The position numbers and the translations under genes are program-made. 64,000 nt of DNA from an uncultured archaeon. Lineage in GTDB: Archaea > Micrarchaeota > Micrarchaeia > Micrarchaeales > CABMGC01. Each line of letters starts with the position of its first letter. The first letter of the stretch is position 1. The DNA lies in the NCBI GenBank assembly GCA_963787445.1, contig CAWBCT010000005.1, positions 416,001 through 480,000 on the forward strand, in the 5' to 3' direction. The notes under the pieces were generated by a model. That model was given only the letters and a program-made list of their open reading frames with translations, was not told where the DNA came from and did no database searches. Of this stretch, positions 26,265-35,316 are shown piece after piece.

Positions 26265-27641
26265 TTGACAACTTTTGAAGAGATGGGCCTAAATGAGCCC
26301 TTGATAAGGGTACTTAAGAGCCTGAACATAAACTCACCCACAGAGGTGCAGGAGAAAGCGGTTCCGCTTCTCATGTCCGACAAGGATTTGATAGTAAAAT
26401 CAAAGACTGGCAGCGGGAAGACGCTGGCATTCCTGATCCCCATGTTAAACAAGGCCTACGCGGGCAAGCACCACACCACTCTGGTCCTGGCGCCCACTCG
26501 CGAATTGGCGCTGCAGACAAGCTCCGTGGCCCAGAAGCTCAAGCCAAGGGACTACGGCATCGCAACCATATACGGCGGCGCATCCATGAACATACAGATA
26601 GACGCGCTGGCAAGAAACCCACGCCTCATAATCGGGACGCCGGGCAGGATAATAGACCTGATGAAGAGGAACGCGCTCCATCTTGACGTAGTAAAGACGA
26701 TAGTCATAGACGAAGCGGACACCATGCTCGACATGGGCTTCATAGAGGACGTTGAGTACATCCTCACCTCCGCCCCAAGAACGCGCCAGACAATCCTTTT
26801 GTCTGCCACGATGCCGGAAAAGATCATCGGGATCTCAAGAAACTTCATGACCAACCCGACCCTACTCAAGATAGGCGACGAGGACGAGGTCACAGTGCGC
26901 AAGATAAAGCACTTCTATTTCGTAGCTGACGGCGCTCGCAAGCTCGAGGCGCTTTTGGCCTACATAAACACGCACAACCCGAAGAAGGTGATAGTCTTCC
27001 TCAGAACAAAGCACGAGGCAGACCTGATCCACAACTTCCTGAAGAGCCAGAACCTGGATGCGGTTCTGATGCACGGCGGCTTGACGCAGTCAAAGCGAGA
27101 GCACTCGTTGCACGGCTTCAGAAAAGGCGTCCGCTTCCTCATTGCAACAAACGTTGCAGCAAGGGGCATAGACGTTGACGACATCTCGGACATAATAAAC
27201 TTCGACATTCCCGAGGATCCCCTGATCTACGTTCACAGAGTCGGCAGATCAGCCCGTATGGGCAAGGAAGGAAAGGCCTTCAGCCTAATCGGCAACAGGC
27301 AGCGCAACATGATTGAGGACATTCAGTACATGGCCAAGATAAAGATGGAACCCATCCGCCTTGAAACCTTCCAGTACAAGGAGCTCGTAAGCAAGTTCCT
27401 AGCAGAGAACCGCGGAAGAAGGTTCAGGGACAGCGACAACGAGCGGCCAGGCGGCTTCAGAGGTCATGGCTCAGGCCGACCAACCTTCCATCGTGAAGGA
27501 AGCAGCGGAGGCTATCGTGATCGTCGCGGTGGTGGCTCCGGCGGCGGTTATGGCGGAAGCCATCGTGGAAACCGCTATGGCGGAAAGCGAGACAACCGCG
27601 AAAACCGCGACACGTCAAGGAGGTTCAGGCCTTTCCATTAA
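26265..27641 (+). CDS. DEAD-box RNA helicase with Gly/Arg-rich tail
   Basis: Q motif, TGSGKT, PTRELA, TPGR, DEAD, SAT, ARGID, HRVGRSAR; RGG-like C-terminus. Confidence 0.95.
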   Translation: MTTFEEMGLNEPLIRVLKSLNINSPTEVQEKAVPLLMSDKDLIVKSKTGSGKTLAFLIPMLNKAYAGKHHTTLVLAPTRELALQTSSVAQKLKPRDYGIATIYGGASMNIQIDALARNPRLIIGTPGRIIDLMKRNALHLDVVKTIVIDEADTMLDMGFIEDVEYILTSAPRTRQTILLSATMPEKIIGISRNFMTNPTLLKIGDEDEVTVRKIKHFYFVADGARKLEALLAYINTHNPKKVIVFLRTKHEADLIHNFLKSQNLDAVLMHGGLTQSKREHSLHGFRKGVRFLIATNVAARGIDVDDISDIINFDIPEDPLIYVHRVGRSARMGKEGKAFSLIGNRQRNMIEDIQYMAKIKMEPIRLETFQYKELVSKFLAENRGRRFRDSDNERPGGFRGHGSGRPTFHREGSSGGYRDRRGGGSGGGYGGSHRGNRYGGKRDNRENRDTSRRFRPFH

Positions 27642-27725
27642 TTCACCTGCGGCCTTCTTTTATCCGATTATCCCCTAGCTTCGCAAAACAATATAAGATT
27701 ATAACGAGAAGGGAAAGCGGAGGCA

Positions 27726-28520
27726 ATGGACAGTGAACCTAACCCAGAGCAGAAGCCGCCTGTAGCGCACCCTTCTATACTAAAAGTTATAGACCAGCGT
27801 AAGCGCGTGAAGGAACGACTCTCCGGGATAAAGAACAAGGTCGGAGTTTACAGCGCAAAAGGCGGCGTTGGAAAGACAACGACCGCAGTTAATCTGGCAT
27901 TCACCCTAAAATCAATGGGCTATTCTGTAGGTCTTCTTGACGCCGACATAGACTGCCCGAATGTTGCAATGTTTATCGGCATAGACAAGATGGCTGACGA
28001 CTCCTATCCCCTCAAACCCATAGACAAAGATGGCGTAAAGATAATCTCAACGGCGATGTTTGTAGATGACAACAAAAAGCCGATAATTTGGAGAGGGCCG
28101 ATGATTGGAAAGATGATTGCGGACTTTTTGGAGAACACAGAATGGGGAAATCTTGATTACCTAATAATAGATCTTCCTCCAGGAACGAGCGATGCACCAC
28201 TGTCGATAATACAGCTGCTTGACCTCAAGGGTTTCGTTCTCGTCACAACCCCGCAGCACATTCCTGCGATAAACGCGATAAGATCTGGGATGATGGCGAA
28301 ACGCCTCGGCGTCCCTCTAATCGGGGTGGTAGAGAATATGTCAACCGGCTTACCAAGGGGCGGAACCGAGGTCGCAACAACGCTTGGCTGCGACCTGCTG
28401 GGAGTTATAAAAAACAACCCAACCCTGTCAGAAGCCAGCGACGCCGGAAAGATCGCCGTAATTGAAGATAAACAGATAAGGGAGGAATATTTAAGTATAG
28501 CAAAGAAAATTATACAGTGA
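27726..28520 (+). CDS. Mrp/NBP35 family P-loop ATPase
   Basis: KGGVGKTT, LLDADI, IIWRGP, DYLIIDLPPGTSD, VTTPQ, VVENM. Confidence 0.88.
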   Translation: MDSEPNPEQKPPVAHPSILKVIDQRKRVKERLSGIKNKVGVYSAKGGVGKTTTAVNLAFTLKSMGYSVGLLDADIDCPNVAMFIGIDKMADDSYPLKPIDKDGVKIISTAMFVDDNKKPIIWRGPMIGKMIADFLENTEWGNLDYLIIDLPPGTSDAPLSIIQLLDLKGFVLVTTPQHIPAINAIRSGMMAKRLGVPLIGVVENMSTGLPRGGTEVATTLGCDLLGVIKNNPTLSEASDAGKIAVIEDKQIREEYLSIAKKIIQ

Positions 28521-28524
28521 TAGC

Positions 28525-29754
28525 ATGGCAGAGCCGTTTGCGGATTTATTCAAGGATTCAGCGATATTCGCAAACCGCGAAGTGCTTTCACCACACTACC
28601 TGCCGAATAATCTGCTTTTCAGGGACAAGCAAATCCACGAGATAGAGAAGTCATTGACTCCTTCCCTACGAGGCGAGCGCGGAAGGAACGTTTTCATCTA
28701 CGGAAAGACCGGCACCGGAAAGACCTCGTGTGTCAAGCATGTAGTCGAAAAAGTGAAGGTTCTCCCAATACTCAAGGCGAAGATCTCCTATGTGAACTGC
28801 AGAATATACAACTCCAGGTACCGCGTGCTGGGGAAGATAGCGAGCGACCACATACCCCTCTACGCGAAGCGCGGCTACGGCGTAATCGACATATACGAAA
28901 GGATAATCAACTGGATCGAGGAGGACAGCAAGGTCCTCGTAGTCGTGCTGGACGAGGTCGACATAGTCCGGGACCTTGACGACCTTATTTACACGCTCAC
29001 CAGGGCGAACAGCGACATCAAGGCAGGCGGGATAACGATTGTCGGAGTGTCAAACAAGATCTCCTTCAAGGAAGTGCTGGACCCGCGCAGCCTCTCAACC
29101 CTTTACGAGAACGAACTCGTATTCCCTCCATACAACTCATCGGAACTCGCATCTATACTGACCCAACGTGTCGCCCAGGGATTCAAACCAAACGTCGTAG
29201 ATCCCGCGTCCGTGAACCTGGCTGCGGCAATAGCGGCAAAAGAGAGCGGAGATGCAAGACTTGCACTAAAGATCATCTCAAAGGCCGGAGAGATAGCCGA
29301 TGAAGGAGGATTGAAGTCAATTACGCCAAAAGAAGTGAACGAGGCGGCGCACCTTGCCGAAGAGGAGATCGCCTACGAGCTCATTGGCACCCTGCCGGAG
29401 CACCAGCGCCTGATAATATACGCCATAGCGCTCATGTCACTGAGCGGCGGCAAGTACCGAAAGCTGACGAGCAACCAGGAGGACGAGGCCTTCCTGCTCA
29501 GCGGGGAGATCTACGACAGGTACGTCTCCATCGCCCGCTCGCTCAACAAGGAGCCCAAGAGCTCGCGCTTCTACAGGCGCTACATAGTCGACCTGGAGAT
29601 GCAGGGCATAATAACCACCTACACTTCCGGCAAGGGGGTTCGGGGCCACACCCGGCTAATCCGCCTGAGCTACCTGCCGGACAAGATCAAACTCATGATA
29701 GAAAAGGGGCTGTTCAAGGAGAACGAGGCCGAGGAAGTGTCGAAACCGGCCTGA
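28525..29754 (+). CDS. cdc6: Orc1/Cdc6 replication initiator
   Basis: IYGKTGTGKT, YVNC, VVLDEVD, FPPY, GDARLAL, C-terminal wH with GKGVRGHTR. Confidence 0.95.
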   Translation: MAEPFADLFKDSAIFANREVLSPHYLPNNLLFRDKQIHEIEKSLTPSLRGERGRNVFIYGKTGTGKTSCVKHVVEKVKVLPILKAKISYVNCRIYNSRYRVLGKIASDHIPLYAKRGYGVIDIYERIINWIEEDSKVLVVVLDEVDIVRDLDDLIYTLTRANSDIKAGGITIVGVSNKISFKEVLDPRSLSTLYENELVFPPYNSSELASILTQRVAQGFKPNVVDPASVNLAAAIAAKESGDARLALKIISKAGEIADEGGLKSITPKEVNEAAHLAEEEIAYELIGTLPEHQRLIIYAIALMSLSGGKYRKLTSNQEDEAFLLSGEIYDRYVSIARSLNKEPKSSRFYRRYIVDLEMQGIITTYTSGKGVRGHTRLIRLSYLPDKIKLMIEKGLFKENEAEEVSKPA

Positions 29755-29857
29755 CGACATACCTTTCTCAAAAGCTTTCAGTAAGCTATATAAGCCTATT
29801 ATACGCATATATAACAAAGTCTTTTTATCCCATTAAAAAACGAAAAAAGGTTCTATT

Positions 29858-30553
29858 ATGTACCCAAACGTGCAAGCATACGACCGCGGCGTGATGTTCA
29901 ATCCAGACGGAAGGCTATTTCAGGTAGAGTACGCCAAGGAGGCAGTCCGAAAGGGCGCCACCTCCATCGGCATAATAGCGAAGGATGGAGTGGTCTTCGT
30001 AGCCCACAAGAACTTCACCGAGCCCCTTGCAATCTCCTCAACCATACAAAAGGTATTCAGGGTTGACTCGCACATCGGCGCAACCTACAGCGGAATGGTG
30101 GCAGACGGACTGCACATAATCGACGTCGCGCGCACAAGGACCCAGAACCACCGACTAATATACGATGACATCAAGTCCGTAGAGTCGCTCGCAAAGGACA
30201 CCTCTGCCTACATGATGCAGGCAACCCAGTACGGCGGCCTAAGACCTTACGCAGTTTCAGTTCTCGTCGGAGGAATCGACGACCAACCAAGACTATTCGA
30301 GATAGAGCCCGGCGCATCCTTCCTTGGCTACAAGGCAGACGCAATAGGGGCCGGAAAGAAAGTGGCAACCGAGATACTCGTGAAGGAGTACAAGGATAAC
30401 ATGAGCATAGAAGATGCAATCATGCTCGGAGTCAAGATCCTCAAGAAGATAAGCGAGGAGAAGCTAAGCAAGGACAGCCTTGACATCGGCTACATACAGC
30501 AGGGTTCCGAATATCGCCTCCTGACCCAGGACGAGATCGTAAAGTACCTGTAA
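29858..30553 (+). CDS. psmA: Proteasome subunit alpha
   Basis: YDR...FNPDGRLFQVEYA, RPYAVS.L.GG. Confidence 0.96.
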   Translation: MYPNVQAYDRGVMFNPDGRLFQVEYAKEAVRKGATSIGIIAKDGVVFVAHKNFTEPLAISSTIQKVFRVDSHIGATYSGMVADGLHIIDVARTRTQNHRLIYDDIKSVESLAKDTSAYMMQATQYGGLRPYAVSVLVGGIDDQPRLFEIEPGASFLGYKADAIGAGKKVATEILVKEYKDNMSIEDAIMLGVKILKKISEEKLSKDSLDIGYIQQGSEYRLLTQDEIVKYL

Positions 30554-30572
30554 TCCTAATCAAGTGGACAAC

Positions 30573-31256
30573 ATGTCTAAGACAGTAACAGCCAAGTATA
30601 CCCATATGGGCGAGACGTTTGAGATCCTTGTGGATTCAGACCAGGCCTACGATTACATAACCGGCAAGCAGAAGAACCCGCTCGCGCCGCTCCAGGCGGA
30701 AGAGATCTTCAAGGATGCGAACAAAGGGGAGAAGCAGTCACAGGACAAGATAAAGAAGGTATTCAACACGGTCGACCTGGCCCAGGTTGTCGACATCATA
30801 CTGAAGAAAGGACAGCTCCCGATAACAACGGAGCAGCGGCACAAGATGGTGCAGGAGAAGCGCAAGCAGATAGTCAACATAATCGCGGTCAACTCGATCG
30901 ACCCAAGGACAGGCGCGCCGCACCCGGCGCAGAGAATAGACAAGGCCCTTGACGACGCAAAGATAAACATCGATCCGTTCAAGAACGCAAACGAGCAGGT
31001 AGAGGAGATACTTAAGAAAATAAACATGGTGCTCCCGCTGAAGTTCGCAACCGCGAAGCTGGAGGTGCTGATTCCTGCCGCCTATGCGGGCAGGTGCTTC
31101 AACACGCTGAAGCAGTACGGGGCGAAGTCGGAGGAGTGGCAGTCAAACGGCTCGCTGAAGGCAAGGCTGGAGTTTCCGGCAGGCCTTCGCGACGAGCTGT
31201 ACGACAAGTTAAACAGTCTTACAAAAGGAGAAGTTCAAATTAAAAACGAGGCGTAA
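30573..31256 (+). CDS. Ribosome maturation factor SBDS/Sdo1
   Basis: FEILVD, IFKDA.KG, IDPRT..PHP..RI. Confidence 0.93.
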   Translation: MSKTVTAKYTHMGETFEILVDSDQAYDYITGKQKNPLAPLQAEEIFKDANKGEKQSQDKIKKVFNTVDLAQVVDIILKKGQLPITTEQRHKMVQEKRKQIVNIIAVNSIDPRTGAPHPAQRIDKALDDAKINIDPFKNANEQVEEILKKINMVLPLKFATAKLEVLIPAAYAGRCFNTLKQYGAKSEEWQSNGSLKARLEFPAGLRDELYDKLNSLTKGEVQIKNEA

Positions 31257-31258
31257 AA

Positions 31259-31879
31259 ATGAGAAAAGTAGTAGTGCCTGGAGAGATGGTTGAAGATAAA
31301 CCCCTGCATCTCCTTGACACAATAATCGAAGACAACAAGACGTACGCAACAGTCATCAGCGTATACGATGACGAGAAGAAGACCCTGGTTCCACTGGAGG
31401 GGCTGTGGTACCCCGACCGGGACGAGATGGTGATCGGAGTAATCGAGGAAGCCAAGCTAAACACCTACACGGTGAAGCTCAACGCGCCCTACAAGGGACT
31501 GATAATCTCCAAGTATGCAGAGAGCACCATGGCCAACGGCGACATAATCGAGGCCTACGTGAAGGAGCTAGACAAGACCGGCACGGTCATACTTTCAAGG
31601 CCGCGCGTCCTGCCAGGAGGCAAGGTGATAACGGTGAAGCCGGCAAAGATCCGCAGGCTACTCGGGAAGGCGGACACGATGATAAAGCAGATAACCAACG
31701 GCACCGGAACCCAGATAGCAGCCGGGATGAACGGACTGGTCTGGCTAAAGGGAGGCAACATAGACAAGGCCCTAGAGGCGATCATCCAGATACAGGAGGA
31801 GGCCCACGTATCCGGGCTGACCGAGCGCATCGGAAAGATGTTCGGGAACGCCGCCGCACCACAGCAACCAAGAGCGTGA
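31259..31879 (+). CDS. rrp4: Exosome complex RNA-binding protein Rrp4
   Basis: VVPGE, VPLEG..YP...VIG, KH domain GMNGLVW, EAHVSGLT. Confidence 0.9.
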   Translation: MRKVVVPGEMVEDKPLHLLDTIIEDNKTYATVISVYDDEKKTLVPLEGLWYPDRDEMVIGVIEEAKLNTYTVKLNAPYKGLIISKYAESTMANGDIIEAYVKELDKTGTVILSRPRVLPGGKVITVKPAKIRRLLGKADTMIKQITNGTGTQIAAGMNGLVWLKGGNIDKALEAIIQIQEEAHVSGLTERIGKMFGNAAAPQQPRA

Positions 31880-31883
31880 TAGC

Positions 31884-32618
31884 ATGAAGTCAGACACAAT
31901 AAAGCTAATAGAAAATGGAAAGAGGCTAGACGGCAGGATGCCGGGAGACCTGCGCGCCATCTCGATAGTCGCAAATGTCGTTCCAAACGCAGCCGGATCA
32001 GCCATGATAACCTGGGGCAACAACAAGATCATCGCCGCGGTAAGCGGGCCCACAGAGGCGCTGCCTAGGCACACGGCCAATCCGGACAAGGCAGTAATAA
32101 AGTGCAGGTACATGATGGCCCCGTTCTCCTCCTTGGAAGAGCACGGAAGAGTCGGAATGAACCGCAGGGCAACCGAGATCTCAAAGGTTACGGCAGAGGT
32201 ATTCGAGAACGTGATACTCGTAGACCAGTTCCCCGGAACCGAGATAAGCATCTATGTTGAAGTCCTGCAGAGCGATGGCGGAACAAGGGCCGCAGGAATA
32301 ACCTGTGCGTCAGTCGCCCTGGCAATGTCAGGAATACCTATGCGCGACCTTCCCTACGCCGTCTCAGCCGGAAAGGCAGGAGACGAGATACTGCTTGACC
32401 TCAACAAGATAGAAGACAACTATTCCGAGGCGGACATGCCCGTGGCCGTACTTCCAAGAACTGGTGCGATAACGCTTTTGCAAATGGACGGCTCGCTGAC
32501 AAAGGAGCAGTACACGAAGGCGATGCAGCTGATAGTTGAGTCAGGAAAGGTTATCTCAAAGATCCAACAGGACGCGATAAAGGCGCCCTACCTGAAGGCA
32601 GAGGAAAAATACAGGTGA
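31884..32618 (+). CDS. rrp41: Exosome complex exonuclease Rrp41
   Basis: RLDGR, Y.MAPFS, RRATEIS, QSDGGTR. Confidence 0.95.
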   Translation: MKSDTIKLIENGKRLDGRMPGDLRAISIVANVVPNAAGSAMITWGNNKIIAAVSGPTEALPRHTANPDKAVIKCRYMMAPFSSLEEHGRVGMNRRATEISKVTAEVFENVILVDQFPGTEISIYVEVLQSDGGTRAAGITCASVALAMSGIPMRDLPYAVSAGKAGDEILLDLNKIEDNYSEADMPVAVLPRTGAITLLQMDGSLTKEQYTKAMQLIVESGKVISKIQQDAIKAPYLKAEEKYR

Positions 32619-32622
32619 TCCC

Positions 32623-33402
32623 ATGGACAAAATAACAAACGAGTACATACGTGAAAGACTTGCAAAGGGCCTAAGAGACGACAACCGGGGCCACCTGTCC
32701 TACCGCAACATTAATCTGTGGGTCAACCCGATGCCAAACGCTGAAGGTTCTGCAATAGCCCAGATCGGCAACACAAAGGTTCTTGCTGGAGTAAAGATCG
32801 ACATCGGCGAGCCGATGCGCGACACCCCGAACGACGGGAGCATAGCGACCAACGCTGAACTGCTCGCAATGGCGGCTGATCAGTACGAGTCAGGACCTCC
32901 GTCACCGGAATCTGTGGAGTTTGCACGAGTGGTAGACCGCGGAATACGCGCGGCCGGGATGATCGATACCGCAAAGCTCTTCATTGAGGAAGGAAAGGTG
33001 TGGAGCGTCTACATCGACCTCTATGTCCTGAACTTCGATGGAAATATCTTCGATGCAGGCACTCTCGCAGGCGTAGCTGCGCTTACGAGCGCAAGGATGC
33101 CGAAGTATGAAGACAGCAAGGTCATACGCGAAGGCAACCTGGCAAAGCTTGGGGTGGCAAACCTGGCGACTTCCTGCACATTCGCCAAGGTGGGCGACAC
33201 GCTGCTGCTTGATCCGAACGGCGCAGAGGAGTCGGTGATGAGGACCCGCCTTACCATAGCCAACGACGAGAATGTCATAAGGGCCATGCAAAAGGGGCTC
33301 AGCGGCTCGCTGACGCAGAAGGAGATAGACAGCCTTATAGATGTCACCTTCGATAAATCTAGGGAGCTTAGGAATATAGTCAAAAAAGCAACAGGTGTGT
33401 GA
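32623..33402 (+). CDS. rrp42: Exosome complex component Rrp42
   Basis: AEGSA...IG.TKV, GPP...SVE.ARVVDRGIR, DGNIFDA. Confidence 0.93.
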   Translation: MDKITNEYIRERLAKGLRDDNRGHLSYRNINLWVNPMPNAEGSAIAQIGNTKVLAGVKIDIGEPMRDTPNDGSIATNAELLAMAADQYESGPPSPESVEFARVVDRGIRAAGMIDTAKLFIEEGKVWSVYIDLYVLNFDGNIFDAGTLAGVAALTSARMPKYEDSKVIREGNLAKLGVANLATSCTFAKVGDTLLLDPNGAEESVMRTRLTIANDENVIRAMQKGLSGSLTQKEIDSLIDVTFDKSRELRNIVKKATGV

Positions 33403-33636
33403 ATGGCAAACAAGAGTATTAGATACGGAGTCACCCTTCGAAAGAAGGAAGCCGCAGTCCTAAAGCAGAAGAACGCCAAGTACAAGTGCGACATGTGCGG
33501 CAAGCAGGCCGTACATAGGATAAGCGTGGCAATTTGGAAGTGCGAGTACTGCGGAGCGACTTTCGCAGGCGGTGCCTACACCATGAAGACTGCCGCCGGA
33601 GAGACAATAAACAGGATATTAAGCAGGTCTGAATAA
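33403..33636 (+). CDS. rpl37ae: 50S ribosomal protein L37ae
   Basis: RYG..LRK, C..CGK, IWKC..C...FAGGAY. Confidence 0.95.
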   Translation: MANKSIRYGVTLRKKEAAVLKQKNAKYKCDMCGKQAVHRISVAIWKCEYCGATFAGGAYTMKTAAGETINRILSRSE

Positions 33637-33645
33637 GCTGATTAG

Positions 33646-34011
33646 ATGGTAAAAGTAAGCTACTCCCCTATAAAAGAGCTCATCGTGCATGAGGTCATAG
33701 AGGTAGAGAAGGAGGACCTGCTCCGCGAGAGGGTCACCCCGCAGGGTACCATGCCTCTGTACTGGTGCAACGGGATACTCTTCAGCTTCTCATCCCTTCC
33801 CATGTCGGACGAGATAGTGAAGGATTACATGCAGGGCAAGATACACTGGCTTGAGATACATTTCGCAAAGGATCCCAAGTACACCCCGGTAATGGCACTC
33901 AGCGAGGAGGAGTACAAGACAGCGATGAACGTAAGGATAATTGATACCACAAAGTCCTCTCTGCACAGAGAGGTGGCCAAGTGGCTGAAGACGGTTAAGA
34001 CGGAAAACTAA
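33646..34011 (+). CDS. Conserved hypothetical protein inserted between rpl37ae and rpoP
   Basis: 121-aa ORF, host-like codon usage, in operon; motif P.KELIVHEV...LYWCNG.LF. Confidence 0.7.
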   Translation: MVKVSYSPIKELIVHEVIEVEKEDLLRERVTPQGTMPLYWCNGILFSFSSLPMSDEIVKDYMQGKIHWLEIHFAKDPKYTPVMALSEEEYKTAMNVRIIDTTKSSLHREVAKWLKTVKTEN

Positions 34012-34023
34012 ACACGTGATTTT

Positions 34024-34158
34024 ATGGCATATGTTTGCATGCACTGCGGAAAGGAGATGAAGGCGATAGAGAAGAACACGGTTAGGTGCCCATACTGCGG
34101 CTACAGGGTAATAGCCAAGAAGCGCTCATCCATAGCCAAGGAAGTATCCACTGACTGA
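34024..34158 (+). CDS. rpoP: DNA-directed RNA polymerase subunit P (not in ORF track)
   Basis: Manual translation MAYVCMHCGKEMKAIEKNTVRCPYCGYRVIAKKRSSIAKEVSTD; zinc ribbon; conserved position. Confidence 0.92.
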   Translation: MAYVCMHCGKEMKAIEKNTVRCPYCGYRVIAKKRSSIAKEVSTD

Positions 34159-34175
34159 TTTTAAGGCACCAATTT

Positions 34176-35237
34176 TTATATTCCTTCAAGCCCAGAACCG
34201 ATACCCTGAGAGTCCCCTGTGTCCCTTCCAAGCACCGATGAGCCAGACACACCCGTGAAGATCGCTATTACCTCCGCCTTTCCCTGGTATTCTGGGTCGA
34301 GCCTTGCGCCCCAGGTCACGCTGGCGTTGGTGTCGACGCTTTCGGTGAGCATCTCCCCTATCTTGTTGCACTCGCCCAGCGTCAGGTCAGGGCCGCCGGT
34401 GATGTGCATCAGCACTCCCTTGGCATTCGTGTAATCTACATCAAGCAGCTTGTTCGTCAGGGTGTTCTTTACCACATCCTCGACCTTGTTGTGCCCGCTT
34501 CCGGTTCCGACGCTGATCATCGACAATCCGCCGCCGGTCATTATGTTGCGCAGGTCGGCGTAGTCCAGGTTGATCATGCTCGGCTGGGTTATGGTCTCCG
34601 TTATGCCGCGCACAGCCTTTGCGGTTATCTCGTCTGCAAGCTTGAACGTCTGCTCTATGGGCAGGTTCGGGTAAAGCTGCACGAGCCTCTGGTTGTCTAT
34701 GACTATGAGCGTGTCTATGTTCTGGCGCAGCTTGGCGATGCCCTTCCTGGCAGTCTCAAGCCTTACCCTTTCAAGCGAGAAAGGCAGGGTGACTATCCCG
34801 ACCACGATGGCGCCCGCCTCCTTGGCTATCCTTGCGATAACCGGCGCAGCGCCTGTTCCAGTCCCTCCGCCCATTCCAGCGGTCAGGAAGATCAGGTTCT
34901 TGTCATTAAGCGCCATCTCTATCTCTGCACGCGAAAGGTCAGCGGCCTTCTCACCCATCTCGGGGAATCCGCCCGCTCCCAACCCGTTGGTGAGCTGCCT
35001 GCCCAGCATAATTCTGTTTATGTTCTGGTTGAGCATCCCCAGCTGCTTGCCGTCCGTGTTGAATGCATAAAGTCCGGCACCCTTGATGTCCATGACACTT
35101 AGTCTCTGGATGGTGTTGTTTCCGCCCCCTCCAACCCCAACCACTGAAATTCTTGGCTTGAAGGCTTCAAACTCGTCCACGCTGAAGTTGCTGTTGCTCT
35201 TTGCTGGCTTTTCCTCAAAACCGAATCCCGGGTACAT
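34176..35237 (-). CDS. ftsZ: Cell division protein FtsZ
   Basis: VGVGGGGNN, GLGAGG.PE.G, GMGGGTGTG, INLDYAD. ATG 35237 preferred. Confidence 0.96.
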   Translation of the reverse strand: MYPGFGFEEKPAKSNSNFSVDEFEAFKPRISVVGVGGGGNNTIQRLSVMDIKGAGLYAFNTDGKQLGMLNQNINRIMLGRQLTNGLGAGGFPEMGEKAADLSRAEIEMALNDKNLIFLTAGMGGGTGTGAAPVIARIAKEAGAIVVGIVTLPFSLERVRLETARKGIAKLRQNIDTLIVIDNQRLVQLYPNLPIEQTFKLADEITAKAVRGITETITQPSMINLDYADLRNIMTGGGLSMISVGTGSGHNKVEDVVKNTLTNKLLDVDYTNAKGVLMHITGGPDLTLGECNKIGEMLTESVDTNASVTWGARLDPEYQGKAEVIAIFTGVSGSSVLGRDTGDSQGIGSGLEGI

Positions 35238-35316
35238 AAAGACACCTCTACATATAGACGGATAATTACCCCTAAAATACTTTCCTATAAAAGAAAGAAG
35301 GGGAGCACACCGCCAA

